From assembly GCA_963701855.1 (NCBI GenBank), contig CAVPBK010000004.1, positions 32,001 through 96,000 on the forward strand: a stretch of 64,000 bases of DNA, in the 5' to 3' direction. The notes below the pieces were generated by a model. That model did not search any database and was not told the DNA's origin. It saw only the letters and a program-made list of their open reading frames with translations. A program made the position numbers and the translations under genes. The DNA comes from Nitrospirota bacterium. GTDB taxonomy: Bacteria; Nitrospirota; Nitrospiria; Nitrospirales; Nitrospiraceae. The number at the start of each line of letters is the position of its first letter. The stretch's first letter is position 1. Of this stretch, positions 1 to 10,337 are shown in pieces.

Positions 1-822
1 ATAGGGCGCCCCGGTTATGGTCCCTGTATATAAGATTGTGCATTTCTCTCCAGCCGGCGCGACAAATTCTTCGATTTCCCCATCATAACCGTTTGGGATT
101 AAATGTACATTCCCTGCCTCGAACGCCTTGGGGTACGCACGCCAAAAGCATTCCGCCTCCGCCGCATGGCGAAATATGATGGACTGCGCCCCTTGAAGGA
201 GAGAATACATCCGCCGTCGATCCAACCGCCTGGCCCACATTGGTCGTCGTAATTCAAAGTTCGTTAATGTGATTGTCCAAGGATCACGAAAATCCAGGAC
301 ATAAGGAATGCCCGTTCCGACTGAACTCCTTTGAGCGACAAGTAACGAAGATACGGGGCCGGCGGTCGCCCAGATCACATCTGCGGGGCTGTGTTGACAC
401 AGCCTTACAGTCGCATCCACCGCGCTGTCGATCCACGGCATCGCTTTGTCCGGGTGATACCACCATGCCTCGGCCGTCTGGATCATCTCTCTCATACGTG
501 TTCGAATACTGCTCTGTTGCCCGTTCTGCGAGTTTCCGATATGTTCCTCCTGAGCGCTGGATGAGTGACTTTGCATTCTTCGCGACCTTGAAGCCTGAAA
601 AGCCTGCCACAGATCATAGGCTTTGATCCGAATGACCTCAATCTCGTTCGGGACCATCTTTATTAGTGCAGGATCATATCTCTCATATTGACTGGGCATG
701 GCCGTAATGACCGTGGGAATCCATCCAAGGTGGGGTAGCTGACGGACGAACCGCAGCGGACGGTATGTGCCGGCGTTTCCCTCCGGAGGAAAGTTGTACG
801 CAATCATCACGGCGTGCTTCAT
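1..822 (-). CDS. Glycosyltransferase family 4 protein (runs off the window edge)
   Basis: Not in the ORF track. Manual translation from ATG at 822: MKHAVMIAYNFPPEGNAGTYRPLRFVRQLPHLGW...YVLDFRDPW...IPNGYD, typical GT4 N-terminal motifs; open to position 1. Confidence 0.85.
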   Translation of the reverse strand, partial: MKHAVMIAYNFPPEGNAGTYRPLRFVRQLPHLGWIPTVITAMPSQYERYDPALIKMVPNEIEVIRIKAYDLWQAFQASRSRRMQSHSSSAQEEHIGNSQNGQQSSIRTRMREMIQTAEAWWYHPDKAMPWIDSAVDATVRLCQHSPADVIWATAGPVSSLLVAQRSSVGTGIPYVLDFRDPWTITLTNFELRRPMWARRLDRRRMYSLLQGAQSIIFRHAAEAECFWRAYPKAFEAGNVHLIPNGYDGEIEEFVAPAGEKCTILYTGTITGAPY

Positions 823-875
823 CGATCCCGTCGGTCTAATTCAATGATGGCCGATCGGCCTAGACACTATGTTGC

Positions 876-1697
876 TTAGGCGCGCGCGCGCGCGAGAAAA
901 CCTGAGACTCCAGATTTAGGGAAAAAGCGCTTTGCCAGATTTGGCATCTGGCTTATCAGCAACGATTTCCCCACCCTCTTGAAAGGATTTGCGGGAACAG
1001 TCCGGTCAATCGCTTGATACCAGGCAACCAGCTCCAATCGGTTTTTTGACAGCAACTCTGCGACCTCATTCTGTGTAATGTCGAAGACCATGTGCTGGTA
1101 GGGGGTAAACACAGAGCCGCACCCGGGACAGCACACAAAGCTGGCCTTTTCCCCAAGGGGAATGGATGCCAGATAATAACCTCCGCTCCTCAACACCCTC
1201 CTGACCTCGGGGAATGAGCCAAAGAAGCTTTCCGGAAAGCTATGCTCCAAGACTTCTGTGCACGTCACCAAATCTAGAGAATCATCGGAAAAGGGAAGCT
1301 GTGTGAGAGACCCAACCTGAAACCCGATATTCTTCAGGTTTTCGAATCTCGACCGGGCCGGGACCAAGGACTCCTCTGACATATCAATTCCCGTGATCTT
1401 CGAATCTGGATACACCTTCAGCAGACAATCTACGAGATTCCCATTGCCACAACCGACATCTGCGATCACTGACGGAGTGCTGGGAATCTGTGACCGAACC
1501 CATGCGAGCAGGTCTTTCCAATATTCAATCGGGTAAAACTGAGTTTTAAGAGCACGGTTCGTGGTCCAGATGGTCCAAAACCGTTTAATGCTCTCGGTCG
1601 ACCAGGTATGATAGTGAAAAGGAGAGAGCTGGCCTGACTTCTCTGAGGGTTTCTGTGCATCGTCGAATTGAGCAACAATATCTTTGTAAAAATTCAT
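876..1697 (-). CDS. Class I SAM-dependent methyltransferase
   Basis: ADVGCGNG motif I, 'LPFSDDSLDLV..EVLEH', 'RVLRSGG'; also a CPGC motif. Confidence 0.9.
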   Translation of the reverse strand: MNFYKDIVAQFDDAQKPSEKSGQLSPFHYHTWSTESIKRFWTIWTTNRALKTQFYPIEYWKDLLAWVRSQIPSTPSVIADVGCGNGNLVDCLLKVYPDSKITGIDMSEESLVPARSRFENLKNIGFQVGSLTQLPFSDDSLDLVTCTEVLEHSFPESFFGSFPEVRRVLRSGGYYLASIPLGEKASFVCCPGCGSVFTPYQHMVFDITQNEVAELLSKNRLELVAWYQAIDRTVPANPFKRVGKSLLISQMPNLAKRFFPKSGVSGFLARARA

Positions 1698-1811
1698 AAT
1701 CTTCCAGTCCTTGTTCCTACCCGGTTACGAGACCGCCCTTCGTTACTGCAGCTCCAAGCATGTCCGAATGTCAAATCAAGTTGTTCGTTCCGAAGCCGCG
1801 CCCCCGAATGT

Positions 1812-2792
1812 TCAGCGGAGCCGCCGGGCTATTGTCTCCGCCGTTCTCTTCGGATTGAGAACGACATCGAGCAAATAGAGGAAAGCATTGGCAGTAAGCC
1901 TGGCATTGCTCAAAGGGTGAGCCAGCGAGGCGAGCTTTCCCCGATGCAGGCTCCAAAACTTTCGGTCGCGTCCTTTGAAAACCTGCCACCCCAAGAAATG
2001 GTAGTACACTTTGAGGTGTTCACGGATATTCTCCTCCAGCTCCTTTTCGGTGAGATACTTCGGACCATACGTGAGAAGGTCGTATAGCCGCCGGGGGAAA
2101 TACGTCGTGACGTCCTCCGAATAGGCGCTCAATGAGCCCTCTCGCACCCGTTGGAACATGAGAACCTGGTGCACGAAACCGTAGTCGTGGTGTTCCAGAA
2201 ACTCGAGACAGACCTCCGAGTCCGCATGCAGATTGGATTCGTTGTAAAACGAGTGGCGACTCCGCACGATATCCGACCGGTACATCAAATTGGTGGGCGC
2301 TCCAAAGATGGATGGCGATCCTGGCAGGAGCCATATGCGGCACGCATCCCGCCCTGGCACGACAGTGCTGGGGTACGGCAGACCATCCCCGGTGACCTTA
2401 TTTCCCGCCAGATGATAGGCTTGGATAATTGCCACGCTGGGGTGTTCCTCCGCCAGGCGGACCATCTTTTCGAGGCACTCGGGGAACAGCCAGTCATCCG
2501 CTGCTACTACTTTGCAGTACTTGCTCACGGGGGAGATTTGCCGGAGTGCGATGTTATAACTGTTTTGTACGCGAACGTTGGTCTCGTTGTTGTGGATCCG
2601 GATCCTTGCATCGCGGGCGGCATACTCCTGAGCAATCTCGAGTGTTCGATCAGTGCTGCAATTGTTGACGACCGTATAGTCCCAGTTGTCGTAAGTCTGG
2701 GCGAGCACGCTCTCGATGCACTCTCGCAGATAGCTCTCCCCGTTGTAGACGGGGGTCACCACGCTTACGAGGGGAGCCTGCTTTGAATTCAT
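1812..2792 (-). CDS. Glycosyltransferase family 2
   Basis: PLVSVVTPVYNGESYLRECIESVLAQTY, STDRT, ADD motif; start set at MNSKQ (2792). Confidence 0.92.
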   Translation of the reverse strand: MNSKQAPLVSVVTPVYNGESYLRECIESVLAQTYDNWDYTVVNNCSTDRTLEIAQEYAARDARIRIHNNETNVRVQNSYNIALRQISPVSKYCKVVAADDWLFPECLEKMVRLAEEHPSVAIIQAYHLAGNKVTGDGLPYPSTVVPGRDACRIWLLPGSPSIFGAPTNLMYRSDIVRSRHSFYNESNLHADSEVCLEFLEHHDYGFVHQVLMFQRVREGSLSAYSEDVTTYFPRRLYDLLTYGPKYLTEKELEENIREHLKVYYHFLGWQVFKGRDRKFWSLHRGKLASLAHPLSNARLTANAFLYLLDVVLNPKRTAETIARRLR

Positions 2793-3067
2793 CGATTTTC
2801 CTTGCGGTTCCCCATCGTATTTTTGCCCTCTCGACCATACGTGACCATCCCCCTTACGCAACGCCCAACTAGGTATGGCACGGCATCACTCATGAAGGAG
2901 GAAGTGCAGGCTTGAGACGCCGATCCTGAGATGGAAGAAGCGCTAGATACTGGTTTCACGAAGCGGCCAAGTAGGAAACCCGCGGCTCGTAGATTCCCTT
3001 TGTAAACCGAATCGCTGGCATCCAGCCGCTGGAAGACCAGGATCGCTGCTTGGCCCTGGCGACATTT

Positions 3068-4312
3068 TTACGTAACGCTCCAACGTTGCGGGAAAAAGGC
3101 GATTCCGTGCCGGCTAGTCGGCGTCCACCCGGACGCATAGATATTCGCCGGTTCCACCTCTAACACGGTACGCACATCCCCATCGTAAATCACTGAATTT
3201 TCCTGATCGGCGATCCACAGAGAGAAGTAGTACTGTGCCGGAAGCAAATTGAGCGAGTCAATCTCAACGTCGATGTACCCGTCCCCAGGCTCCAAGCGGG
3301 GAATGTCGAGTCCATGAGTGTCGGCGCCTGACTCCGTTATGAGTGTCCCCATGCTCGTGAAGAGTCGGAACCAAAAAACCGGATAGTGGACGGTCTTCTT
3401 GGCATAATAGTGCAAGCGGATTACCACGCTATCGCCGCACCTTGTCAGAGCGCGTGGCGTGCGGTCAGGGCTCAAATACTCAACTTTCGTGTATCGGATC
3501 TCACCGTTGCCCTGCCGACTCTTCAAATCCGTCAGCGTAGATTCCGCCGCCGGGCCGCCCGCGAAGCTAGCCATGTAGGCCAGGATAACCTCCTTGGCCT
3601 TTCCGTCCATGCGGACTTTGCCTCCGTCGAGCCAGATCCCGCGGGAACAGAGATTCTCCACCGCCGCCAGATTATGCGACACGAAGAGAACAGTGCGCCC
3701 TCCGCTCCTCAAGTCTTCCATGGCATCGAGACACTTCTTCTGAAACCCTGCGTCTCCCACAGCGAGCACTTCATCGACAATGAGTATGTCAGGTTCGAGG
3801 TGCGCTGCAACAGCGAATCCCAGCCTCAACCGCATTCCGGAGGAATACCTTTTTATCTGGGTATCGATAAACTGCTCGACGCCGGAGAAGGCAACAATGG
3901 CATCGAAGCACTTGTCCACCTGCTGCTTTCGCATACCGAGGATCGATCCATTGAGATAAATATTTTCGCGACCTGTCAGTTCTTCGTGGAAACCGGTCCC
4001 GACCTCCAGCAGGGCGGCAACACGCCCGCTTACCTTGATGTTTCCCTCAGTCGGGTATGTGATCTTCGACAAGATCTTTAGCAGCGTGCTCTTTCCGGCC
4101 CCGTTCCTTCCGATGATGCCCACGACCTCACCTTCGGCCACGTCGAACGAGACATCCCTTAGCGCCCACATTGACTCGGCTTCTTTATCGGGACGCCCAA
4201 ATGGACGCTTGGCTAATTCGATGATGCCTTCCCGGAATGTCCGCTGTTGCCTCCCGATCCGGTAACGCTTGGAGACATTCTGAATTTCGATGCTGTGTGT
4301 CAAAATAGCCAT
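3068..4312 (-). CDS. wzt: Polysaccharide ABC transporter ATP-binding protein with Wzt C-terminal domain
   Basis: GRNGAGKST Walker A, YSSGM signature, ILIVDEVLAVGD, C-terminal extension. Confidence 0.93.
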   Translation of the reverse strand: MAILTHSIEIQNVSKRYRIGRQQRTFREGIIELAKRPFGRPDKEAESMWALRDVSFDVAEGEVVGIIGRNGAGKSTLLKILSKITYPTEGNIKVSGRVAALLEVGTGFHEELTGRENIYLNGSILGMRKQQVDKCFDAIVAFSGVEQFIDTQIKRYSSGMRLRLGFAVAAHLEPDILIVDEVLAVGDAGFQKKCLDAMEDLRSGGRTVLFVSHNLAAVENLCSRGIWLDGGKVRMDGKAKEVILAYMASFAGGPAAESTLTDLKSRQGNGEIRYTKVEYLSPDRTPRALTRCGDSVVIRLHYYAKKTVHYPVFWFRLFTSMGTLITESGADTHGLDIPRLEPGDGYIDVEIDSLNLLPAQYYFSLWIADQENSVIYDGDVRTVLEVEPANIYASGWTPTSRHGIAFFPQRWSVT

Positions 4313-4318
4313 CCCTTC

Positions 4319-5110
4319 TCAGACAATATCGGCGAAGGCCTTTTCGGCGCTCTTGAAGTACAACACACTCGTGACGAAAAGCACTCCGGTGATAACGACA
4401 GAGAACATCAGGAGGTTCCAGTCGAGAACATGGCTTGGAACCACCACATACCGGAAGGCCTCGATAAGTCCGCTTAACGGGTTGAGGGCTAGCAGCCATT
4501 GAAACCGTTCAGGGACCATGCTTGCAGGATAGATAATAGGCGTAGTAAACATTAAAAGTTGGATAAGGAAGGGTATGACATATCTGATGTCCCGATACTT
4601 GACATTGAGCGCCGCGAAGAACGCGCCCAAGCTGAGCGAAAGGAGTATGAGCAGGACTACAAGCGCCGGCCAGAGAAGGAGATTCCAGCCTAGAGGAGTC
4701 TGGTAATAGACGATAAACCCTATAAGGAACACGGAGCTGATCAGGAAATCCATCAGGTTGCCAAGCGCGGCAGCAGCCGGGAGGATGACGCGGGGGAAGT
4801 AGATCTTCGTTAAGAGGCCGCTGTTGGTTACGAGGCTCATCCCCGCATTGGTCAGGGTTGAGGAGAAGTAAATCCAGGGTACCAGTGCGCTGAAGTAAAA
4901 AATCGGCCCGGGTATCCCGTCAGTAGGGATTTTCGCCAATTGACCGAACAATAGCGTAAATATCACCATGGTAAACAATGGCTGAATGACAGCCCAGAGC
5001 ACGCCCAATACGGTCTGCTTATACCGCACCTTTACGTCTCGCCATGCGAGAAAATAGACCAGCTCTCGAAAGCCCCACAATTCTAAAATCCACCTAGCAT
5101 TGAGTCCCAT
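4319..5110 (-). CDS. wzm: Polysaccharide ABC-2 transporter permease
   Basis: RDVKVRYKQTVLGVLWAVIQPL, hydrophobic helices, LNPL; adjacent to wzt. Confidence 0.93.
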   Translation of the reverse strand: MGLNARWILELWGFRELVYFLAWRDVKVRYKQTVLGVLWAVIQPLFTMVIFTLLFGQLAKIPTDGIPGPIFYFSALVPWIYFSSTLTNAGMSLVTNSGLLTKIYFPRVILPAAAALGNLMDFLISSVFLIGFIVYYQTPLGWNLLLWPALVVLLILLSLSLGAFFAALNVKYRDIRYVIPFLIQLLMFTTPIIYPASMVPERFQWLLALNPLSGLIEAFRYVVVPSHVLDWNLLMFSVVITGVLFVTSVLYFKSAEKAFADIV

Positions 5111-5220
5111 ACCGCAGTTATCCTTTAGTGTTTCGCATTTCCTTACGATTTTTGGGTCTTACTATCCTTACCCATTTACCATTCACCTACACTCAGTGCT
5201 GTCCCAATGTTGAAGAAAGT

Positions 5221-5236
5221 AGCATTTTGTATCCCA
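5221..5236 (-). promoter_or_regulatory. Possible sigma-54 -24/-12 promoter upstream of wzm
   Basis: Minus strand TGGGATACAAAATGCT = GG-N10-GC spacing, about 110 bp upstream of the wzm start; imperfect match. Confidence 0.3.
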
Positions 5237-5341
5237 TAAGTGATTGATGCGAGTACCTACACATTTCGGTGCGTGATTGAAGCCGGCACCAGGTTGACAC
5301 GCTTCAATCGGTAAGCCAAATCCACCACCCTCTCGATTACG

Positions 5342-5998
5342 TTAACCAAGAACAATCTTCCGGCCATAAAAAGCTTCGGCGTATTTCCCATGCGCATTTG
5401 ATTCGATGCCTCGTAGTCGAAGAAGCGCATAGAAGGTATCTTCCGTAAACCACTGTCTGCTTCGTTGCGTAGAAAAGCCGTCCATGAGGTATTTCACTTT
5501 CTTTTCACAGAGGGCTTGCGTCAGTGGAACAAAGACGTTGGGCCGGCCAAGATCGCCGTCATACTTCGGTATCTCGTACTCGAGGATCTGATGCTTGCGG
5601 AAGGTATTCCAGGTCAACTCGCAGATCACCCGATGGTCTTGGTGCAGATCATGTCTATAATGGGTGAAGATCAGGTCGGGAGCTACCCGTTTCTTTAATT
5701 GCTCAAAAAACCTCTTTATCTCCGCTCCACGGTAGGGGAAGAAACTCTCCCCGAATCCCTTGGTGATGATGGTCTTCGCTTGCGCGTCCTTGAGAAAACG
5801 TCCTGCGCTAGACAGCGCCTCGCGCCTTCGTTGGGCCTTTGCGCTGAAGACGACCCAGGTTACGTCACAATTCATGTATGTTTGCAGGAGACGAAGAATT
5901 GATCCTCCACAACCAATCTCGATATCGTCAGAATGTGCACCCAAACAGAGGATGGAAAAACATGGTTTCTCGCCAGGATCTGGGATCAGCTCAAGCAT
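5342..5998 (-). CDS. PIG-L/LmbE family deacetylase
   Basis: GAHSDDIEIG and HQDH metal-binding motifs. Confidence 0.9.
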   Translation of the reverse strand: MLELIPDPGEKPCFSILCLGAHSDDIEIGCGGSILRLLQTYMNCDVTWVVFSAKAQRRREALSSAGRFLKDAQAKTIITKGFGESFFPYRGAEIKRFFEQLKKRVAPDLIFTHYRHDLHQDHRVICELTWNTFRKHQILEYEIPKYDGDLGRPNVFVPLTQALCEKKVKYLMDGFSTQRSRQWFTEDTFYALLRLRGIESNAHGKYAEAFYGRKIVLG

Positions 5999-6005
5999 AT
6001 CAGTG

Positions 6006-6800
6006 CTACTTCTCAGTTGGATGGTTTGCCTGCCACACCATCCAAGGCGTATCTCCTCTTGCATACATCTCATCGAGCCGCTGCTTATCCTTAAAGGTAT
6101 CCATACTGATCCAGAAACCTTCGTAGCGATTACTGATCAACTTGTTGCCCTTGATCAGTCGCTGAAAGGGTTCGTGGACCAATTCCTCACCGGGCCTCAT
6201 GTAATCGAAGATTTCCTTTCGAAAGACCATAAACCCGCCGTTGATCCAAAGCCCCGAGCTATTCAGATCCTTGATATCGGCCACGGATCCGTCGTCCAAA
6301 ACCTTGACCACGTGAAAACTCTGTATCGGACGGACACTCAGGAAACTACCGATCGCATTTTGCCTTGCGAAATCCTCTGTCAATGCCGGCAAATTGAAGT
6401 CAGTTAGGCCATCGGTATAATTCGCGAGGAACATCTCCTCGTCCTTTACATAAGACTTTACGGCCTGGAGTCTCTGCCCAATGTTTGACTGAGGTCCGGT
6501 CTCGACAAAGGTAATCGTCCAGTCATCAATGTCCGTATTGTTAAGACGGACCTCTCGCCCACCTCGGGCCATTGTGAAATCATTCGAGAGGCACTCATCG
6601 TAGCTCCGGAAATAGTTCTTGATGATATCTCCCCTGTATCCCAAACACAGGATAAATTCTTTATGGCCAAAGTGGGCATAGTACTTCATCAGGTGCCAGA
6701 GGATAGGACGGTATCCGATATTGACCATCGGCTTCGGGATGGAGTCGGAATATTCTTTCAACCGCATTCCCATACCGCCGCAGAACAAGACAACTTTCAT
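6006..6800 (-). CDS. rfbF: Glucose-1-phosphate cytidylyltransferase family
   Basis: MKVVLFCGGMGMRL..PKPMVNIGYRPILWHLMKYYAH, WINGGF, FWISMDT. Confidence 0.88.
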   Translation of the reverse strand: MKVVLFCGGMGMRLKEYSDSIPKPMVNIGYRPILWHLMKYYAHFGHKEFILCLGYRGDIIKNYFRSYDECLSNDFTMARGGREVRLNNTDIDDWTITFVETGPQSNIGQRLQAVKSYVKDEEMFLANYTDGLTDFNLPALTEDFARQNAIGSFLSVRPIQSFHVVKVLDDGSVADIKDLNSSGLWINGGFMVFRKEIFDYMRPGEELVHEPFQRLIKGNKLISNRYEGFWISMDTFKDKQRLDEMYARGDTPWMVWQANHPTEK

Positions 6801-6833
6801 CGATTCCTCCCCTCCCACATCGTGCGGGGTTCT

Positions 6834-7754
6834 CTACGTTGACGTCGTTCGCACCAGTTCAGATCTGTACCATTCGACCGTTCGAGCAAGGCCTTCCTGC
6901 AACGAGGTTTTGGATTTCCACGTTAACCAGAATTCCGCCTTGGCCACATCGGCAACTCTGTCGGTGTTACTTAGGGCTGCGGGGCCTTGCTCAAAGATTG
7001 GTTCAACCGTCGCACCGGTCACAGAGACCAATTCGGCGACGACTTGGCGGACGGAGGTGGCGACTCCGGTTCCAAGATCGATAGTTTGTCCCTCGACGCC
7101 AGGCGTTGTTGCCGCAGCAAGCATCCCCTCGACAACATCCTCGATAAACACCCAATCGACACGACGCTCGGCGTTTCTTACCCTTGGAACTTTCCCTTGC
7201 AGCAATGAGAGCGTGCTGTACGGCACAAGCTTGGTCGGCCGCTGCCTCGGGCCATAGGTCATGAATGGTCTCACAATGACCACCGGCGTGTGATACATGG
7301 CGTGAAAGGCACGCCCATACAGGACCGTCCCCCACTTGGACAAGGCGTAGGGTGAAGTTGGTAGAGCATCATCCCCCACCCCGACTTCCGGTTCTTCTAA
7401 TGACCCGGTCAGAATGATTTTTTGGCAATTCATGCCGGCCGCAGCCGTCAATACATTCACCGTAGTCTCCAGGTTTCCCTGGAACGTCGGCAGCATCAAC
7501 ATCTTATCGGTCGACGCGTTCGTTTGGCCCGCGAGATGGATAACGATATCCGGCTTCGCTTCACGAAAAGTTGAATGGACGAAATCCGGACCTGTGAGAT
7601 CCCCGATCAGTACATGCGCCGGAAGTTTTGGCTGTGGCGATCGAGCCACTCCATAGACTTCTGCCCCGAGTTGAAGCAGTCGGGCCATGACGCTGGCACC
7701 AAGGAAACCCGTGATGCCGGTGACCAAGACTCGCCGCCCAGCCCATTGTACCAT
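6834..7754 (-). CDS. NAD-dependent epimerase/dehydratase
   Basis: VTGITGFLG, YALSK (YxxxK). Confidence 0.9.
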   Translation of the reverse strand: MVQWAGRRVLVTGITGFLGASVMARLLQLGAEVYGVARSPQPKLPAHVLIGDLTGPDFVHSTFREAKPDIVIHLAGQTNASTDKMLMLPTFQGNLETTVNVLTAAAGMNCQKIILTGSLEEPEVGVGDDALPTSPYALSKWGTVLYGRAFHAMYHTPVVIVRPFMTYGPRQRPTKLVPYSTLSLLQGKVPRVRNAERRVDWVFIEDVVEGMLAAATTPGVEGQTIDLGTGVATSVRQVVAELVSVTGATVEPIFEQGPAALSNTDRVADVAKAEFWLTWKSKTSLQEGLARTVEWYRSELVRTTST

Positions 7755-7758
7755 GGCC

Positions 7759-8682
7759 CTACCGGACTACCCCGTTCCCGTCCTTGAGTACAGGGCAGAT
7801 ATCCCGCGAATTCTCGTGCGGCAATACAAGGTTCTCCGGGATCTTCGCCAGATCGCCGACACGATAGAAATCCCTCAAGGCGGTGCCGGTGCAGGCTGTA
7901 TCGATGTTGGGAGCACCGACCTTTGCGGCCACGTCGTCAAGATGGACGGTGCGAAAATCGATGCTGAATCGCGTATACCCCGAAGTGTTCGGAACACTGG
8001 AATGCAAATGCGCCGCAGAGAAGAGCAACACCCCGCCTTCTTTGGTAATCACCCGTATCTGCGGATCCAGCTCCACATTCCCGATGGGATGGGGTTGTTT
8101 CCTGGTATCTTCTTTCACATACTGTGCAGCATTCTTTCTGGACGTCTGCACATACTCGTCGTAGTTGAATTCCGGCGATTCATTGGCAACAGGCGTATCC
8201 CAGTAGCGACTATGGAATGCCATCGCATTGTCAGGCTGAACCGGAAAGATCGGAATCCACCAATTGATTTGACACATCGGTGCGCCGTACCATGTGTCTC
8301 TATGGGGGTGGAACGCATAGGCGATCCCCGCTGTCAAGAAATCGTCAGACGTCGATGTTCGCATACGTGGAACGTCAAAATAGGTTTTCTCTGGATCGCA
8401 GCCCATGTCCAACAACAGTTTCTGCAGCAGTTCCTTCGAGGTCGAATGGTTGATAAATTTCGGCTTGAGGACCGTGAGAATCTCAATAAATTTCTCGACC
8501 GAGACTTCGTGCTGAGCCGTGAGCGGATCTAATGTGCCGAACGCGTCACGAATCAACTCACGCGCCCACTCAATGAGGGCCAAAGAACTCGGTCGAGGAG
8601 AATACACCAGGAGTTGCCCGTCAAAGAGAAAGTTACGCCGTGTTTCATCATTCACCGTTGGATCAACATACAGTGCATTCAC
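7759..8682 (-). CDS. Hypothetical protein, putative Fe(II)/2-oxoglutarate dioxygenase-like fold
   Basis: HRD (HxD) motif, distal HLH, RFS (RxS) near the C-terminus; GTG start with GGAGG RBS. Confidence 0.6.
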   Translation of the reverse strand: MNALYVDPTVNDETRRNFLFDGQLLVYSPRPSSLALIEWARELIRDAFGTLDPLTAQHEVSVEKFIEILTVLKPKFINHSTSKELLQKLLLDMGCDPEKTYFDVPRMRTSTSDDFLTAGIAYAFHPHRDTWYGAPMCQINWWIPIFPVQPDNAMAFHSRYWDTPVANESPEFNYDEYVQTSRKNAAQYVKEDTRKQPHPIGNVELDPQIRVITKEGGVLLFSAAHLHSSVPNTSGYTRFSIDFRTVHLDDVAAKVGAPNIDTACTGTALRDFYRVGDLAKIPENLVLPHENSRDICPVLKDGNGVVR

Positions 8683-8838
8683 GTGATACCTCCACGCGGT
8701 TTAAGGTTGTCCAGCTCACGAGTTAGTTGCTCATCACCTTGAAAACATTCCCACAGCCACTCACAGACCAGGGATCTGCGGGCAAACACGCGTCGAGCCG
8801 GCCTCTGACGAGCCCGTGTGGAGTAAATCAAACACGAT

Positions 8839-10176
8839 CTATGTCCCAATCCCTTCATACCGCGCAATCTCCCGCTTATCGAGAAATCGCCGCCCATCCA
8901 CTACAAGCGGCTGAACCTCCTGCCTTTTGAGTAGTTCGGGAAGAATTTCAAACTGCTTCCATCGCGTCACCAGCACAATCACATCGGCATCCTTGACCGC
9001 GTCCTCAAGCCCATGACAGAGCGCAATGGGCTGTCCCGTGAACACCTTAGCCGCCTCTTCCATCGCCGCCGGATCATAGGCTCTGACGACAGCTCCTTCG
9101 CGCAACAATCCTCGTACAATAGGGATAGCCGGCGACTCGCGCATATCATTCGTATCAGGCCGAAAGGCGAGGCCTAAGACTGTTACACGCACCCCTGAGA
9201 GAGAAGGAAAGTGTTTTTTCAACAGTTTGATAATCCACTCAGGCTGGTGCTTGTTCACCCGCAGTACCGCTTCCAATAGCGGCATGGATATTCCAGCTTG
9301 TTTGCCATGAACCGCCAGAGCACTCACATCCTTCGGCAAACAACTCCCGCCAAACCCACAGCCGGCGCTCAAGAACGATACGGCCCCCGGCCGATGGCGT
9401 TCCCCAGTCGGGAGAGTGACCGTCAAGTACCGGCTGGAATGGACTCCACTCATGACATCGACGACATCGATCCCGCCAAGAACGGCACAGAGATTGCCGA
9501 TTTCGTTCGAGAATGAAATCATCGTTGCAAGGAGCGAATTTGAGGCATACTTGATCATTTCTGCAGTGGCGTTGTTCGTACAGACGACAGGCACTCCCTT
9601 GAAACCATCATAGAGACATGCTTGTGCGTCGAGGCTGGCCTGATCATTCCCTCCCAGAACAATCCGATCGGGATTCATAAAGTCATCGATCGCTTCTCCC
9701 TCCGTAAGAAATTCTGGATTCATGCCGATTCCGAAGTCCACTCCCGCTTTTTTTCCTGAGGTCTCTTCGAGAATAGGCCGAATTACATTGTCCGTCGTCC
9801 CTGGCACCACAGTGCTCTTGACAACAACCCCGTGATAGCCGGGCTTCGTTTTCAACGCCCTCCCAATCTGCCGTGCAACCTCCTTGATGTAGGTCAGATC
9901 GATCTCCTGCCCGTTAAACGGAGTCCCTACGGCAATGAGCGATAAGTCGGTCGCATGTACGGCTTGCAACAGATTGGTCGTTGCCGATAGTCGCTTGCCC
10001 ACATTCTTCTTTAACAGCGCCTCGAGTCCGTTCTCAAAGATCGGAGGACGTCCCTGATTAATGAGGCTCACCTTTGCCTCATCGACGTCCACGCAGACGA
10101 CGTCATGCCCTTTTTCCGCCAGACACACTCCCGACACAAGTCCGACGTAGCCTGTTCCGAGAACTGAAACTTTCAT
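8839..10176 (-). CDS. ugd: UDP-glucose/GDP-mannose dehydrogenase family
   Basis: GTGYVG, KSTVVPGT, NPEFL, GFGGSCLPKD. Confidence 0.93.
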   Translation of the reverse strand: MKVSVLGTGYVGLVSGVCLAEKGHDVVCVDVDEAKVSLINQGRPPIFENGLEALLKKNVGKRLSATTNLLQAVHATDLSLIAVGTPFNGQEIDLTYIKEVARQIGRALKTKPGYHGVVVKSTVVPGTTDNVIRPILEETSGKKAGVDFGIGMNPEFLTEGEAIDDFMNPDRIVLGGNDQASLDAQACLYDGFKGVPVVCTNNATAEMIKYASNSLLATMISFSNEIGNLCAVLGGIDVVDVMSGVHSSRYLTVTLPTGERHRPGAVSFLSAGCGFGGSCLPKDVSALAVHGKQAGISMPLLEAVLRVNKHQPEWIIKLLKKHFPSLSGVRVTVLGLAFRPDTNDMRESPAIPIVRGLLREGAVVRAYDPAAMEEAAKVFTGQPIALCHGLEDAVKDADVIVLVTRWKQFEILPELLKRQEVQPLVVDGRRFLDKREIARYEGIGT

Positions 10177-10337
10177 GCCGTTGCCTCCGTCATACCGCCT
10201 GAAGAATATTCCAGACCCGCGCTGCTAGCCCTCGTTAACCACACCTCACGCCAGAAAATGTATTCTGAACGAGCGCAAAACTGATGACATTGCCATGGCA
10301 GACTCTCCCCGTCACAGTACTTCTAAGACGTACGCTC

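Noticed and set aside
273..626. Short ORFs 273-626 (+) and 284-610 (-)
   Set aside because: Shadows of the GT4 gene 1-822 (-) that the track missed because it runs off the edge
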